Part shown: piece by piece, positions 19,230 to 28,824 of the stretch | How positions within the stretch are numbered: the first letter of the stretch is position 1 | Layout: every line of letters starts with the position of its first letter | From: an uncultured Chloroflexia bacterium | Lineage (GTDB): Bacteria; Chloroflexota; Limnocylindria; Limnocylindrales; CSP1-4 | NCBI GenBank assembly: GCA_963746845.1 | Contig: CAVVCZ010000001.1 | Location: forward strand, 1 to 64,000 | Reading direction: 5' to 3' | Length of the DNA: 64,000 nucleotides | Position numbers and translations under genes: made by a program | The notes under the pieces: generated by a model | Seen by the model: only the letters and a program-made list of their open reading frames with translations | What the model was told of the DNA's origin: nothing | The model's database searches: none

Positions 19230-21077
19230 CTAGGGGCAGGTCGACGGCGCCACCGCAACCGTGAGGTCGATCGGCGTTCCGGGCGGCCGCTTCTGGCCGG
19301 GACTCGGCGACTGGTCGCCGACGATCAAGTCGTCCGAGATCGGTGCGCCATCCGAGGAGACGACCGTCCCCACCGTGAACCCGTCACCGGTCAGGGCGGT
19401 CTTCGCGGTTCCCAGCGTCTCGCACCGGTAGTCGGCGGCGGTGATGTTCGCCGGCGGCGGCGTGGGTGTCGGAGTCGGCGTCGGGGTCGGAGTCGGGGTC
19501 GGGGTGGGTGTCGGCGTCGGGGTGGGGGTCGGGCTCGGGCTGGGGCTGGCGCTCGGCTCGGGTCCCTTCGAGAGCACGTAGTCGATCGGGGTGCCCTTGT
19601 TCACCAGGACGCCGCCGGCCGGGCTCTGCGAGACGACCTGGCCGAGCGGGACGACCAGGTCGAACGCATCGGTCTTGGTCCCAATGGTGAGGCCGGCCGC
19701 CGCGAGGAGGTTGAACGCCTCGGTCTCGGTCTTGCCGCGCAGGTCCGGGACGGCCACCGTCTCGGGTCCCTGGGCGAGGGTCAGCCGGACCGTGCGGCCG
19801 GCCGCGATCAATGCGCCTGCCGGTGGGTCCTGCGACACGATCGTGTTCGGGGCGACGCCGCTCGCCTGGGCGAATGCGGCCGGGGTCACCGACAGCCCGC
19901 TCTCGTCGGCGAGCGCCTGGGCCTCGGCGAGGGTCTTGCCGACGAAGTTCGGGACGGTGACCTGGGTCGTCGAGGGCTCGCCCGGACCGGACAGGAGGCG
20001 GAACACGAGGAACCCCGCGATGGCGAGGACGACGAGCGCCGCCACGCCGGCCACCCAGACGCCGGTCGGCGTTCCGTGCTCGTCGTCCTCGACGGGCGGC
20101 GGTGGCGTCGCCGGCGGCGGGGCCACGGGCCGGCCGGTGGCGTAGGCATCGGTGTCGTACGGAATCGCGTTCGGGTTCGGGCGCGCCATCGCGGACGTCG
20201 CCGCCACGACTCCGGCTGCACCGACGGCTGCCGCCCCCACGCCCGGCACGGCCGTGCCGCCGAGGAACGCCTCGAGCGCAGCGGCCAACGAGGACGCCGA
20301 CGACCAGCGATCTGCCGGCTCGGTCGCGAGCGCCTTCCGGTCGATCGCGACGAGGTCCGGCGGGAGCCCGGACCGGATCGTCGCGGGGTCCGGCGGCGGG
20401 CCGGCCAGCCGGGCCATCGCGACGGCGGCGGCGCTGTCCGCCTCCCACGGCCGGTGACCGGTCAGCAGCTCGAACAGCACGATCCCGAGCGAGTAGATGT
20501 CCGACGCCGGGGTGGTCTGCTCGCCGCGTGCCTGCTCGGGGCTGAAGTAGTGGACCGACCCGAGGGTCGTGCCGGGCAGCGTCATCTGCGCCTCGGCCAC
20601 GGCCCGCGCGATCCCGAAGTCGGTGACCTTCACCCGCCCGTCACGGTCGATCATGATGTTGCCGGGCTTGATGTCGCGGTGGACGATGCCCCGGGCGTGG
20701 GCTGCCTGGAGCGCCCGGGCCGCCTCGGCCGCGATCCGCGCGGCCTGTCGCGGCGGCAGCGCGCCGGACCGCTTGATGATCGACGCGAGGTCCTCGCCGT
20801 CGACGAGCTCCATGACGATGAACGGCCCCGCCGCGTCCTGGCCGTAGTCGTAGACCGAGACGACGTTCGGGTGGTTCAGGGAGGCCGCCGCCTGGGCCTC
20901 GTGGCGGAAGCGCGATCCGAAATCCACGTCGCGCCCATACTCGGGCCGGAGGATCTTGACGGCGACGAACCGGTCGAGCTGATTGTCGTGGGCGCGGTAG
21001 ATCCTGGCCATCCCGCCCTGGCCGAGCAGCTCGACCAGATGGTAGCGGCCGCCGAGGACCGTCCCGATCTCACTCAC
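19230..21077 (-). CDS. pknB: PASTA-domain Ser/Thr protein kinase
   Basis: LGQGGMARIY, VAVK, HRDIKPGN and DFG motifs. One TM, three PASTA-like repeats and a (PT)n linker. Confidence 0.93.
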   Translation of the reverse strand: MSEIGTVLGGRYHLVELLGQGGMARIYRAHDNQLDRFVAVKILRPEYGRDVDFGSRFRHEAQAAASLNHPNVVSVYDYGQDAAGPFIVMELVDGEDLASIIKRSGALPPRQAARIAAEAARALQAAHARGIVHRDIKPGNIMIDRDGRVKVTDFGIARAVAEAQMTLPGTTLGSVHYFSPEQARGEQTTPASDIYSLGIVLFELLTGHRPWEADSAAAVAMARLAGPPPDPATIRSGLPPDLVAIDRKALATEPADRWSSASSLAAALEAFLGGTAVPGVGAAAVGAAGVVAATSAMARPNPNAIPYDTDAYATGRPVAPPPATPPPPVEDDEHGTPTGVWVAGVAALVVLAIAGFLVFRLLSGPGEPSTTQVTVPNFVGKTLAEAQALADESGLSVTPAAFAQASGVAPNTIVSQDPPAGALIAAGRTVRLTLAQGPETVAVPDLRGKTETEAFNLLAAAGLTIGTKTDAFDLVVPLGQVVSQSPAGGVLVNKGTPIDYVLSKGPEPSASPSPSPTPTPTPTPTPTPTPTPTPTPTPTPPPANITAADYRCETLGTAKTALTGDGFTVGTVVSSDGAPISDDLIVGDQSPSPGQKRPPGTPIDLTVAVAPSTCP

Positions 21078-21219
21078 GCGTCGTCGTCCTCCCGGTGTGG
21101 TCTCACGGAGGTCACCCCGGTCGAGCCCTGGCCCAGGACGCGCCGCCTCCCCGCACGATCCTACCCTACGAGTCGGTCCGGTTCGCCTCGCACGCCGGCG
21201 CGCGCAAGCCGCGGAGCCG

Positions 21220-22098
21220 TCAGAGCTCCAGCCTCTGGAGGTAGCGGCGGAACTCCGGGGCGAGGTCCGGCCGCTCGAGGGCGAGCTCGACCGAGGCCTT
21301 CAGCCAGCCCATCGTCGTGCCCGCGTCGTAGCGGATCCCCTCGAACTCGTAGCCGTAGACCGCCTGCTCCTGCATCAGCGCCTCGATCGCGTCGGTCAGC
21401 TGGATCTCACCGCCCGCGCCGCTCTGGGTCTGCTCGAGCTTGTCGAAGATCTTCGGCGTCAGGACGTAGCGTCCGATGATCGCGAGGTTCGACGGCGCGT
21501 CGTCCGGCGCCGGCTTCTCGACGAGCCGGCTCACCTTGTGGAGCCGGCCGTGGTTCAACGCGCCTTCGACGACCTCGCCGGCGATCACGCCGTACCGCCG
21601 GGTCTCCTCGTGCGGGACCTCCATGACGGCAACGACCGAGCCGTGCGTCTGGTTGTAGGCGTGGATCAGCTGGCCGATGCACGGCCGGTCGCCGACGACG
21701 ACGTCATCGCTGAGGATGACCGCGAAGGGCTCGTGGCCGACGACCTCCTTCGCCACCAGGACCGCGTGCCCGAGACCCAGCTGCTCCTTCTGGCGGACGT
21801 AGGTGATCTGGGCGAGGTCGGAGATGTGCCGGATCTGGCGGAGCATCTCGATGTCGCCCTTCTCCTCGAGCAGGTGCTCCAGCTCGTAGGAGGTGTCGAA
21901 GTGGTCCTCGATCGCCCGCTTCTGGCTCGAGGTCACGATGATCACCTGCTCGATGCCCGCGGCCACGGCCTCCTCGACCGCGTACTGGATCACGGGCTTG
22001 TCGACCAGCGGCAGCATCTCCTTGGGCTGCGCCTTGGTGGCCGGGAGGAACCTGGTCCCCCAGCCGGCGGCAGGGAAGACGGCCTTGCGAACGCGCAT
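21220..22098 (-). CDS. galU: UTP--glucose-1-phosphate uridylyltransferase
   Basis: MRVRKAVFPAAGWGTRFLPATKAQPKEMLP, GLGHAV and EIQLTDA motifs. Confidence 0.96.
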   Translation of the reverse strand: MRVRKAVFPAAGWGTRFLPATKAQPKEMLPLVDKPVIQYAVEEAVAAGIEQVIIVTSSQKRAIEDHFDTSYELEHLLEEKGDIEMLRQIRHISDLAQITYVRQKEQLGLGHAVLVAKEVVGHEPFAVILSDDVVVGDRPCIGQLIHAYNQTHGSVVAVMEVPHEETRRYGVIAGEVVEGALNHGRLHKVSRLVEKPAPDDAPSNLAIIGRYVLTPKIFDKLEQTQSGAGGEIQLTDAIEALMQEQAVYGYEFEGIRYDAGTTMGWLKASVELALERPDLAPEFRRYLQRLEL

Positions 22099-22194
22099 CG
22101 AACCTCGGGTCGAATGGGTTGGTCGGTCGCCCGAGGATACCATCGGCCCCCGGTCGAGCCGGCGATGCCGACGGAGGGGCGGAAGCCGAGCGCC

Positions 22195-22989
22195 TCAGTC
22201 CGGGATCGTCACCCGTCGGGCGAACCTGCGGATCGCGGCCGTGAACGCCTCCGGCTGGTCGAGGTTCGCGAGGTGGGTGGCCCGCCGGATCACGACCCGA
22301 CGCGGGTTCGCCGCGACGTTGGCGAATGCCCGCTCGCTCGACCGGAAGAACAGGTCGAACTCGCCGTTCACGAGAAGGCTCGGTCCCGGATATGCCGCGA
22401 GGCGCGGCTTGAACCGCTCCCGGGCGAGGGCGTGGAGGGCCTCCGCGCCGCCCGGGAAGAAGTACCCGCCCGCGAGGATCGGGTCGACGATCCGGTCCGG
22501 GTAGCGCCAGTGGAAGTAGCGCGTGTTGATGGCCTCCTCGAGCCGTCGCGGGGCCGTCCGCAAGACCATCGACAGCGTCCGATAGAAGACCGTCCGCGGC
22601 CCGGCGGGCTCCGCCGTCGCCCCGGCAACCACGAGGCCGCTGACCCGGTCCGGCCAGCGGGCCGCGACGTCCATCGCGACGTAGCCGCCGAGCGACATCC
22701 CGACGACGATCGCCCGCCGGTCCCGGGCCTCGGCGGCGATCAGGTCCGCCACTGTCCGCGACGCCGCCTCGATCGTGAAGTGGTCGGCGTCGAGCACGCC
22801 GTGGCCCGGCAGGTCCGGGGCGAGGCAGTGGAACTCGTCGGCGAGCGCCTGGATCTGGGGCAACCACATCGCCCCAGTCAGCCGGGTGGGGTGGAGGAAG
22901 ACGATCGTCGGCCGCGCGTCGTCGGTGAGTGGGTGCGGGCCGGCCCCGTCGACCGGCTCAGTCGTGGACGAGCTTCCGTTCGACGGCAT
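22195..22989 (-). CDS. Alpha/beta-fold hydrolase
   Basis: PDLPGHG, nucleophile GMSLGG, NGEFD and THLANLDQP motifs. Confidence 0.88.
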   Translation of the reverse strand: MPSNGSSSTTEPVDGAGPHPLTDDARPTIVFLHPTRLTGAMWLPQIQALADEFHCLAPDLPGHGVLDADHFTIEAASRTVADLIAAEARDRRAIVVGMSLGGYVAMDVAARWPDRVSGLVVAGATAEPAGPRTVFYRTLSMVLRTAPRRLEEAINTRYFHWRYPDRIVDPILAGGYFFPGGAEALHALARERFKPRLAAYPGPSLLVNGEFDLFFRSSERAFANVAANPRRVVIRRATHLANLDQPEAFTAAIRRFARRVTIPD

Positions 22990-23629
22990 ACAGCGCGGCC
23001 TGCGTCCGGCTCTGCAGGCCCAGCTTGCCGAGGATGTTGCTCACGTGGGTCCGCGCCGTCCGCTCGGTGATCCCGAGATCCGTGGCGATCTCCTTGTTGC
23101 TGCGGCCGTGACCCACGAGCGAGAGGACCTCCAGCTCGCGCTCCGTGAGGCTGTCCATCGGCGCCTGCTCGTTCCGCGTCCGCATCCCCCTGGCGAGGAT
23201 CCGGGCGGCGGCCGGGTCGAGGTGGACCTCGTCGTTGTAGGCCGCACGGATGGCGGCGGCCACGTCGTCCGCCTCGGCGTCCTTGAGGATGAACCCGCTG
23301 GCACCGGCCTCGAGCGCCGAGAGGACCTTGTCCTCCTCGATGAACGAGGTCAGGGCGACGACCTGGACGCTCGGCTGGGCAGCCTTGATCTGGCTGATGG
23401 CGCCGATCCCGTCGAGCTGGGGCATGACGATGTCCATCAGGACGACATCCGGGTTGAGCTCCGCGCTGAGCGCGACGCCGATGAGTCCGTTCTCGGCCTC
23501 GCCGACGACCTCGATGTCGTCGAGCAGCTCGAGGTAGCCGCGCAGGCCGCGCCGAACGACGCCGTGGTCATCCACGAGCAGCACGCGGATCACGGACCCG
23601 CCGGGGGCTCCGTCGTCCGTGTCTGCCAT
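22958..23629 (-). CDS. NarL/LuxR-family response regulator (no adjacent kinase)
   Basis: VLLVDDHGVVRRG, MDIVMP, LTERELEVL and HVSNILGKL motifs. Confidence 0.93.
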   Translation of the reverse strand: MADTDDGAPGGSVIRVLLVDDHGVVRRGLRGYLELLDDIEVVGEAENGLIGVALSAELNPDVVLMDIVMPQLDGIGAISQIKAAQPSVQVVALTSFIEEDKVLSALEAGASGFILKDAEADDVAAAIRAAYNDEVHLDPAAARILARGMRTRNEQAPMDSLTERELEVLSLVGHGRSNKEIATDLGITERTARTHVSNILGKLGLQSRTQAALYAVERKLVHD

Positions 23630-23702
23630 CCCGTCACCTCCCTCGTGGCCGACGTGCGTCCCCGGCCCAACGGCGATCGTCCCCCATCGTGGCGGATCGG
23701 GC

Positions 23703-24659
23703 TCAGCCGTGCTCGACGGACGGGACGGCGGCAGGCTCGATCCGCTCGCCGGCCGGCGCGCCGCGCTGGAGCAGGATCGCCGCCGCGAGGATCCCGATCC
23801 CGCCGACGACCTGGATCGGCGTCAGCGCCTCGTCGAGCAGCAGGGCCGCCAGCGTGACGCCGACGAGCGGCTCGAACAGCATCAGGATCCCGGCCCGCGT
23901 CCCGCCGATCGCCCGGATCCCCACGAGGAAGAGGATTGATGGGATCCCGGCCGCGGCGATGCCCGCGAACGCGGCGAGCGCGAGGGCGCGCGGCTCCTGG
24001 ACGACGCCGAGGTTGCCGCCGGACAGCGCGGCGAGGACGGCACAGGCGACGGCGGTCAGGGCCAGCACCCAGCCCATCGCCTGCTCGGACGGCACGGTCG
24101 CGAACCGGCCGCGGCTGACCGTCACGAACACGGTCTGCCAGCCGGCGGCCACGAGGCCGAGGAGGACGCCGACCGGATGGACCGTCACCGATCCCTCCGC
24201 GGTGAGCCCGCCCGCGACGACGAGGACCATCCCGGCCAGCGCCAGGCCCAGTGCGGCGAGCCGGGTCGAGTCGAGGTGCTCATGACCGAGCGCGACCGCG
24301 ACGATCGCGACGAGCGCGGGGTACGTGTAGAAGGCGAGGAGCGCGATCGCGACCGTCGTCAGGTCGAAGGCGAAGAACATCGCGACGTTCAGCCCGAGCC
24401 CGGCGATCCCGACGAGCAGCAGGCCGAGCCCGTCCGGACGTGGCAGCCGGAACGGGTTGACGAAGCCGACGCCGCCGACGACGCGGACGGCGACGACCGC
24501 GACGACGATCAGCAGCCCGAAGAACGCGCGCCATGCCACGAACGACAGCGGGTCGAAGCCGGCGTCATACGCGAACCGGGCAAGCGGCCCGAGCATGCCG
24601 AAGCCGCTCGCGGCGACGATGACGGTCAGGGAGCCCAGGAGCAGGGGCCGGTCACGCAC
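23703..24659 (-). CDS. DMT/EamA family transporter
   Basis: About 10 TM helices. Motifs FYTYPALV and LFEPLVGV. Confidence 0.88.
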   Translation of the reverse strand: MRDRPLLLGSLTVIVAASGFGMLGPLARFAYDAGFDPLSFVAWRAFFGLLIVVAVVAVRVVGGVGFVNPFRLPRPDGLGLLLVGIAGLGLNVAMFFAFDLTTVAIALLAFYTYPALVAIVAVALGHEHLDSTRLAALGLALAGMVLVVAGGLTAEGSVTVHPVGVLLGLVAAGWQTVFVTVSRGRFATVPSEQAMGWVLALTAVACAVLAALSGGNLGVVQEPRALALAAFAGIAAAGIPSILFLVGIRAIGGTRAGILMLFEPLVGVTLAALLLDEALTPIQVVGGIGILAAAILLQRGAPAGERIEPAAVPSVEHG

Positions 24660-24713
24660 CGGGGCATGGTACGGGCCCGTCGCGCGGCCGGGCCGGGGGT
24701 GGTCAGCGCAGCC

Positions 24714-25853
24714 TCAGCTCGTTGCGTCGGCTGCGACGTCTCCGTCCGCCTCGGCCGGGTCGGGCGACGAGCGCGGGTGGCCCGGGGCTCCGGCCGGTCG
24801 CGACTCGCCGTCGGTCGGAACCGGCTCCTGCCGGCGCCGGCTCAGCACGATCGAGGTGAACGGCACGCGAATCGTGCGGAAGGCCTCGATCGAGACGAGG
24901 AAGCCGGCCAGCAGGCATAGCACCGCGAGGAACTTGCCGAGCTCGAAGTAGCTCGTGTTCCCGAACCGGTTCAGGGCGTCGCCACCGCTCGCGAGAAAGC
25001 CGCCGATCGCGATGAGGATCGTGGCCGGCACGCGGCTGTGGAGGTTGCCGGCGAACAGCGCGCGGATCGCCCGGGGCAGGGACGCGATGAAGTTGACGAC
25101 GATCGCGACGAGCGAGATCAGCAGGTTGAAGAGGTACTGGTCGCCCGGCGCGCGCTCATCCAACGTGTAGTCGAGGACGCGCTTCTTCGGCATGAACACG
25201 TAGGCCGAGAACAGTGCACCGAGCGCCAGGGCGAGCCCGCCCGTGATGTTCATGAAGGGCGCCAGGAGCCGGATCGTTCCCGGGAACAGCTCGCCGGTCG
25301 GCGCGCCGGTGGCCGGATCCAGCGCGTAGCCCGGCGCCGGCAGCGATGCGGTGAGCATCAGGACGAGCGACAGGATCGTCGTGCCGACGACCGCACCGCC
25401 CGCGAGCGCGGGCCATCGGTCATTCTGGAAGTACGTCTCGACCGCGACCGCGACGGCGAGCACGATCGCGGCAATCAGGTACAGGATCGGCGCCGTGCCG
25501 GCGCCGGGGTAGTTGAACTTCCGCTGGGTGAGGAGCGTGAACACGCCGGCCAGCAGCAGGCAGACCGCGAACGTGTACCCGAACCGTGTCCGCGACAGGA
25601 GGAACGTCGTCCCGAGCCCGAGCCAGCCGGCGGTCCAGAGTGCCCCGGTCAGGTACCAGGTCCGGTAGAGCGCCTCGTTCCAGCCGGCGGTCGCGCCGAT
25701 CGCCTCGCAGCCCGACGCCACGCCGTAGAAGAGCATTCCCGTCGCCCAGATCAGCTGGAACGGCTGGCGCCGCTCGCGCCACTGGTCGAGCAGGGCAACG
25801 GCGAGGAGGAGCGCGAGGGCAGAGGTCAGGGTGGGCAGCAACCCTGCGGGCAT
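24714..25853 (-). CDS. Uncharacterised polytopic membrane protein
   Basis: About 10 TM helices with WNEALYRTWYLTGA. One base from the upstream HTH gene. Confidence 0.8.
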   Translation of the reverse strand: MPAGLLPTLTSALALLLAVALLDQWRERRQPFQLIWATGMLFYGVASGCEAIGATAGWNEALYRTWYLTGALWTAGWLGLGTTFLLSRTRFGYTFAVCLLLAGVFTLLTQRKFNYPGAGTAPILYLIAAIVLAVAVAVETYFQNDRWPALAGGAVVGTTILSLVLMLTASLPAPGYALDPATGAPTGELFPGTIRLLAPFMNITGGLALALGALFSAYVFMPKKRVLDYTLDERAPGDQYLFNLLISLVAIVVNFIASLPRAIRALFAGNLHSRVPATILIAIGGFLASGGDALNRFGNTSYFELGKFLAVLCLLAGFLVSIEAFRTIRVPFTSIVLSRRRQEPVPTDGESRPAGAPGHPRSSPDPAEADGDVAADATS

Positions 25854-25854
25854 G

Positions 25855-26508
25855 TCAGCTCGGCGCCTCCTGGTGAGCCGCGACGAAGTGGAGGAGCAGT
25901 CGGTCCAGCAGCCCCGAGGAGCGGTCGTAGATCAGGCTGAGGCGATCGGGGTCGACGGCGCGCCGCCGGGCGATCGCACCCAGCTCCTCCAGAAACGGAC
26001 GGCGCGCGGCGACGAACAGGCTCACCGCGTCGCCGAGGGGGATCCCCGCGCCCGCGACCCGTGCGGCCAGCGTGTCCGTGGCCGCGATCGCGTCCCCCTC
26101 AGCAAGCACACGACCCGCGTCGTCCACGGCGTCGAGGTAGGCGATCAGGGCACCGACGATCGCCCGGCCGTCCTCGCGGAACGCCTCGCGGTCAGCCGAT
26201 GGGACCGAATCGCGCACGCCGATGGCGACGGCCCCGTCCGTGTACCCCCGGCGGTAGGCGCGCGACAGCCGGTCGGTCGTCGCCCCGAGGGAGGCGAGCC
26301 GGAGCGTCGCATCGTGGCGACGCGCCTGGAGGATCCGCTCGAGCGTGGCCCGCTCGAACCGACGATGGCCGCCGGCGGTCGTGAAGGCCTCGATCCGGCC
26401 CTCGTCCGCCCAGCGGCGGAGGGTGTCAGGGTCCACGCCGAGGAGCCGGCTGGCTGGTCCGAGGGACATGGGGGCATCGCTCGCGCGGTGACGTGTGGCG
26501 ACTGGCAC
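25855..26508 (-). CDS. MerR/excisionase(BldC)-type HTH protein with a helical C-terminal domain
   Basis: ASRLLGVDPDTLRRWADEGRI...TAGGHRRF. Alternative start ATG 26469. Confidence 0.85.
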   Translation of the reverse strand: MPVATRHRASDAPMSLGPASRLLGVDPDTLRRWADEGRIEAFTTAGGHRRFERATLERILQARRHDATLRLASLGATTDRLSRAYRRGYTDGAVAIGVRDSVPSADREAFREDGRAIVGALIAYLDAVDDAGRVLAEGDAIAATDTLAARVAGAGIPLGDAVSLFVAARRPFLEELGAIARRRAVDPDRLSLIYDRSSGLLDRLLLHFVAAHQEAPS

Positions 26509-26573
26509 GGCCGGCTGGTACTCCGCTCACGGAATGTACGTAAATCTGGGTCCGCCGGGCATCGGTCAGGCGA

Positions 26574-26603
26574 ATTATCCGCGTCCCGCGGACCGTCCGT
26601 CAA
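26574..26603 (-). promoter_or_regulatory. Sigma70-type promoter TTGACG-N18-GATAAT
   Basis: Read on the minus strand upstream of the HTH gene. Confidence 0.55.
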
Positions 26604-26678
26604 ACGGTTCCGATCGGGGGCCATCCGGCGGCTCGCAACGCGTCGGCGTCATGCCGGGCCCTGGCCCGGCGTCCGGGA

Positions 26679-27041
26679 TCAGGCGGGGACGAGCTCGTGG
26701 TCGTCGCGGTGGAGCCCGTCACACAGGCCCCATCGAACCGAGCCGCCGTCGGGACTCGGAAGCGGGATCGGGCGCATGATCTCGCGGACGCGGCCCTTGC
26801 GGCAGAACAGGTAGCCGCGGTCAGCCATCCAGCGGCGGACATGCGACTCGTCCGGGTGGAACTCGAACGGCCCGGGGTTCAGGAGCGGGGTCTCGTTCCA
26901 GGGGGACGCGACCTCGGTCGCGACGATGTCCAGGATGTTGATCCGCCACGGCGTGCTCTCGATCACCTCGAGGCAGCCTTCGCACCGGCGCGCGACGTTG
27001 TCCTGGACGACGGTCGGGATCCGGATCCCCATGATCTCCAT
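26679..27041 (-). CDS. Hypothetical Cys/His-rich protein
   Basis: 120 aa with CEGC, H-x4-H, C and C-x3-H-x3-H. TACCAT lies 8 nt upstream of the ATG. Confidence 0.75.
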   Translation of the reverse strand: MEIMGIRIPTVVQDNVARRCEGCLEVIESTPWRINILDIVATEVASPWNETPLLNPGPFEFHPDESHVRRWMADRGYLFCRKGRVREIMRPIPLPSPDGGSVRWGLCDGLHRDDHELVPA

Positions 27042-27099
27042 CGCTCGGGATGGTAGCAGGGGCCCTCGTCGCGCGGCGACGGCGCCGAGGGGGACCGAG

Positions 27100-27176
27100 T
27101 GGTGCCCCCAAGGGGATTCGAACCCCTGATCTCCACCTTGAAAGGGTGGCGTCCTAGGCCTCTAGACGATGGGGGC
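27100..27176 (-). tRNA. tRNA-Glu (TTC), CCA encoded
   Basis: GCCCCCA/TGGGGGC acceptor stem, anticodon arm CCACC-CTTTCAA-GGTGG, T-loop GTTCGAATCC and 3' ACCA. Confidence 0.97.
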
Positions 27177-27237
27177 GAGGGCCGGCCGAGTGTAGCAAAG
27201 GGTCCGGTCGGGCCCGTGCGACGACGCCCGGAAACGC

Positions 27238-27678
27238 TCAGGCCGTCGGCGTCTGGCGGAGCAGGATCAGGATCATCGCCGCCGCAAAGCAGCCGGCCGC
27301 CACGAGCGCGGCCAGCCCGCCGATGATCGCGTGGCCGAAGGCGCGCGCATCGCGGCCGCCGACGCTCGATCGCCAGGTCGCCCGGGCGCCGACGACGGCG
27401 ATCCCCGCGAACACGAGGCCGAGGACGACCGCGCCCGACGCGAGCAGCGGGATCTGGCTGGCGTCGCGGACGGTCAGCGCATAGAGCAGGTACACGAGCG
27501 ACGCGATCAGCGCGACGACGATCAGGACGCCGGTCGCGGTGATCGGGATCGGGCCGATGTGCCGCCCGGACGCGGGCGTGGTCGAAGGCCCGGGTGGCGG
27601 ACCGGACGGCGGACCCGCGGGCGGACGCGCGGCACCGGCATCGCCGATCGGTCTGGCCTGCCGGTAGGGGTCGGTCAT
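27238..27678 (-). CDS. Small three-TM membrane protein
   Basis: Start ATG 27678 after TACCCT. Pro-rich N-terminus and three hydrophobic helices. Confidence 0.75.
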   Translation of the reverse strand: MTDPYRQARPIGDAGAARPPAGPPSGPPPGPSTTPASGRHIGPIPITATGVLIVVALIASLVYLLYALTVRDASQIPLLASGAVVLGLVFAGIAVVGARATWRSSVGGRDARAFGHAIIGGLAALVAAGCFAAAMILILLRQTPTA

Positions 27679-27729
27679 GGGGCGGAGGGTAGCAGGGCGG
27701 CTACGATGGACCCTCACACGGGGAAGACG

Positions 27730-28824
27730 ATGCGGATCGCTCAGCTTGCGCCGACCTACGAGCGCGTCCCGCCGCGCACGTACGGGGGGACGGAGCTCGT
27801 CGTCGGGCTGGTCACCGAGGAGCTCGTCGCCCGCGGCCATGACGTGACGCTGTTCGCCAGCGGCGACTCGCGGACGTCGGCTCGGTTGCGCAGCATCACG
27901 CCGGAGCCGGTCCGCTATGGATCCACGACGCCGGACGGCCTCCACCATGCCGAGTACCTGCAGCTCGCGAATGCCCAGGCGTGCTTCCTCGAAGCCGCCG
28001 ACGGCGCGTTCGACCTCGTCCACAACCACGCCGGCGTCGAGGGCATGGTCCTGGGAACGACGTCCGACACGCCGGTCGTGTCGACGATGCACAACCCGTT
28101 CGCCCCGCGGACGCAGCCGATCTGGGACGCCTACCCGTGGTTCCACCACGCGGTCTCCGCGGCGAGCGCCGCGACGTTCCCGACGGCGGGCGCGCTGGCG
28201 CCGATCCTCCACGGGATCGACGTCGCCGCGATCCAGCCGGACACCCGCCCGCGCGACCTGACCGACCCGGACGGCTACCTCCTCTTCCTCGGCCGGTTCA
28301 GCCCCGCGAAGGGCGCCGACCGCGCGATCGAAGCGGCGCGGCGCTCCGGACGCCGGCTCGTCCTCGCGGGGAAGATCGACCCGACGGACCTGAGCCACGT
28401 CCGGACGGCCGTCGAACCGTGGCTGGACGGCGATCGGATCCGGGCCGCCGGCGAGGTCGGCGGACAGACGAAGCGCGCGCTCATCGCGGGCGCCGACGCG
28501 CTCCTCTTCCCGATCGAGTGGGACGAGCCGTTCGGGCTCGTGATGGTCGAGGCGCTCGCGGCCGGGACCCCGGTGATCGGCTTCCGGCGAGCGAGCGTGC
28601 CGGAGGTGGTCGAGGACGGTCGAAGCGGGTTCGTCGTCGACGGGATCGACGAGATGGTCGACGCGATCGGCCGCCTGGGCCAGATCGACCGGGCCGAGAG
28701 CCGGCGGAGCGCGGAGGAGCGGTTCACGGTCGCCCGGATGGTCGACGACGTCGAGGCGATGTACCGATCGATCCTCCAGCGGGTCGAGGATCGGGCTCCG
28801 GTGGCGGTCGGGCCGGGCGGCTAG
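27730..28824 (+). CDS. Glycosyltransferase family 4
   Basis: MRIAQLAP...VPPRTYGGTE and WDEPFGLVMVEALAAGTPV motifs. Confidence 0.92.
   Translation: MRIAQLAPTYERVPPRTYGGTELVVGLVTEELVARGHDVTLFASGDSRTSARLRSITPEPVRYGSTTPDGLHHAEYLQLANAQACFLEAADGAFDLVHNHAGVEGMVLGTTSDTPVVSTMHNPFAPRTQPIWDAYPWFHHAVSAASAATFPTAGALAPILHGIDVAAIQPDTRPRDLTDPDGYLLFLGRFSPAKGADRAIEAARRSGRRLVLAGKIDPTDLSHVRTAVEPWLDGDRIRAAGEVGGQTKRALIAGADALLFPIEWDEPFGLVMVEALAAGTPVIGFRRASVPEVVEDGRSGFVVDGIDEMVDAIGRLGQIDRAESRRSAEERFTVARMVDDVEAMYRSILQRVEDRAPVAVGPGG

Noticed and set aside
19457-19560. Pro-Thr repeat tract in pknB
   Set aside because: An ordinary linker between PASTA domains.
27100-27176. tRNA-Glu as an integration site, with the nearby excisionase-like HTH as a mobile element remnant
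   Set aside because: No integrase, no duplicated tRNA 3' end that I could find, and no compositional shift.
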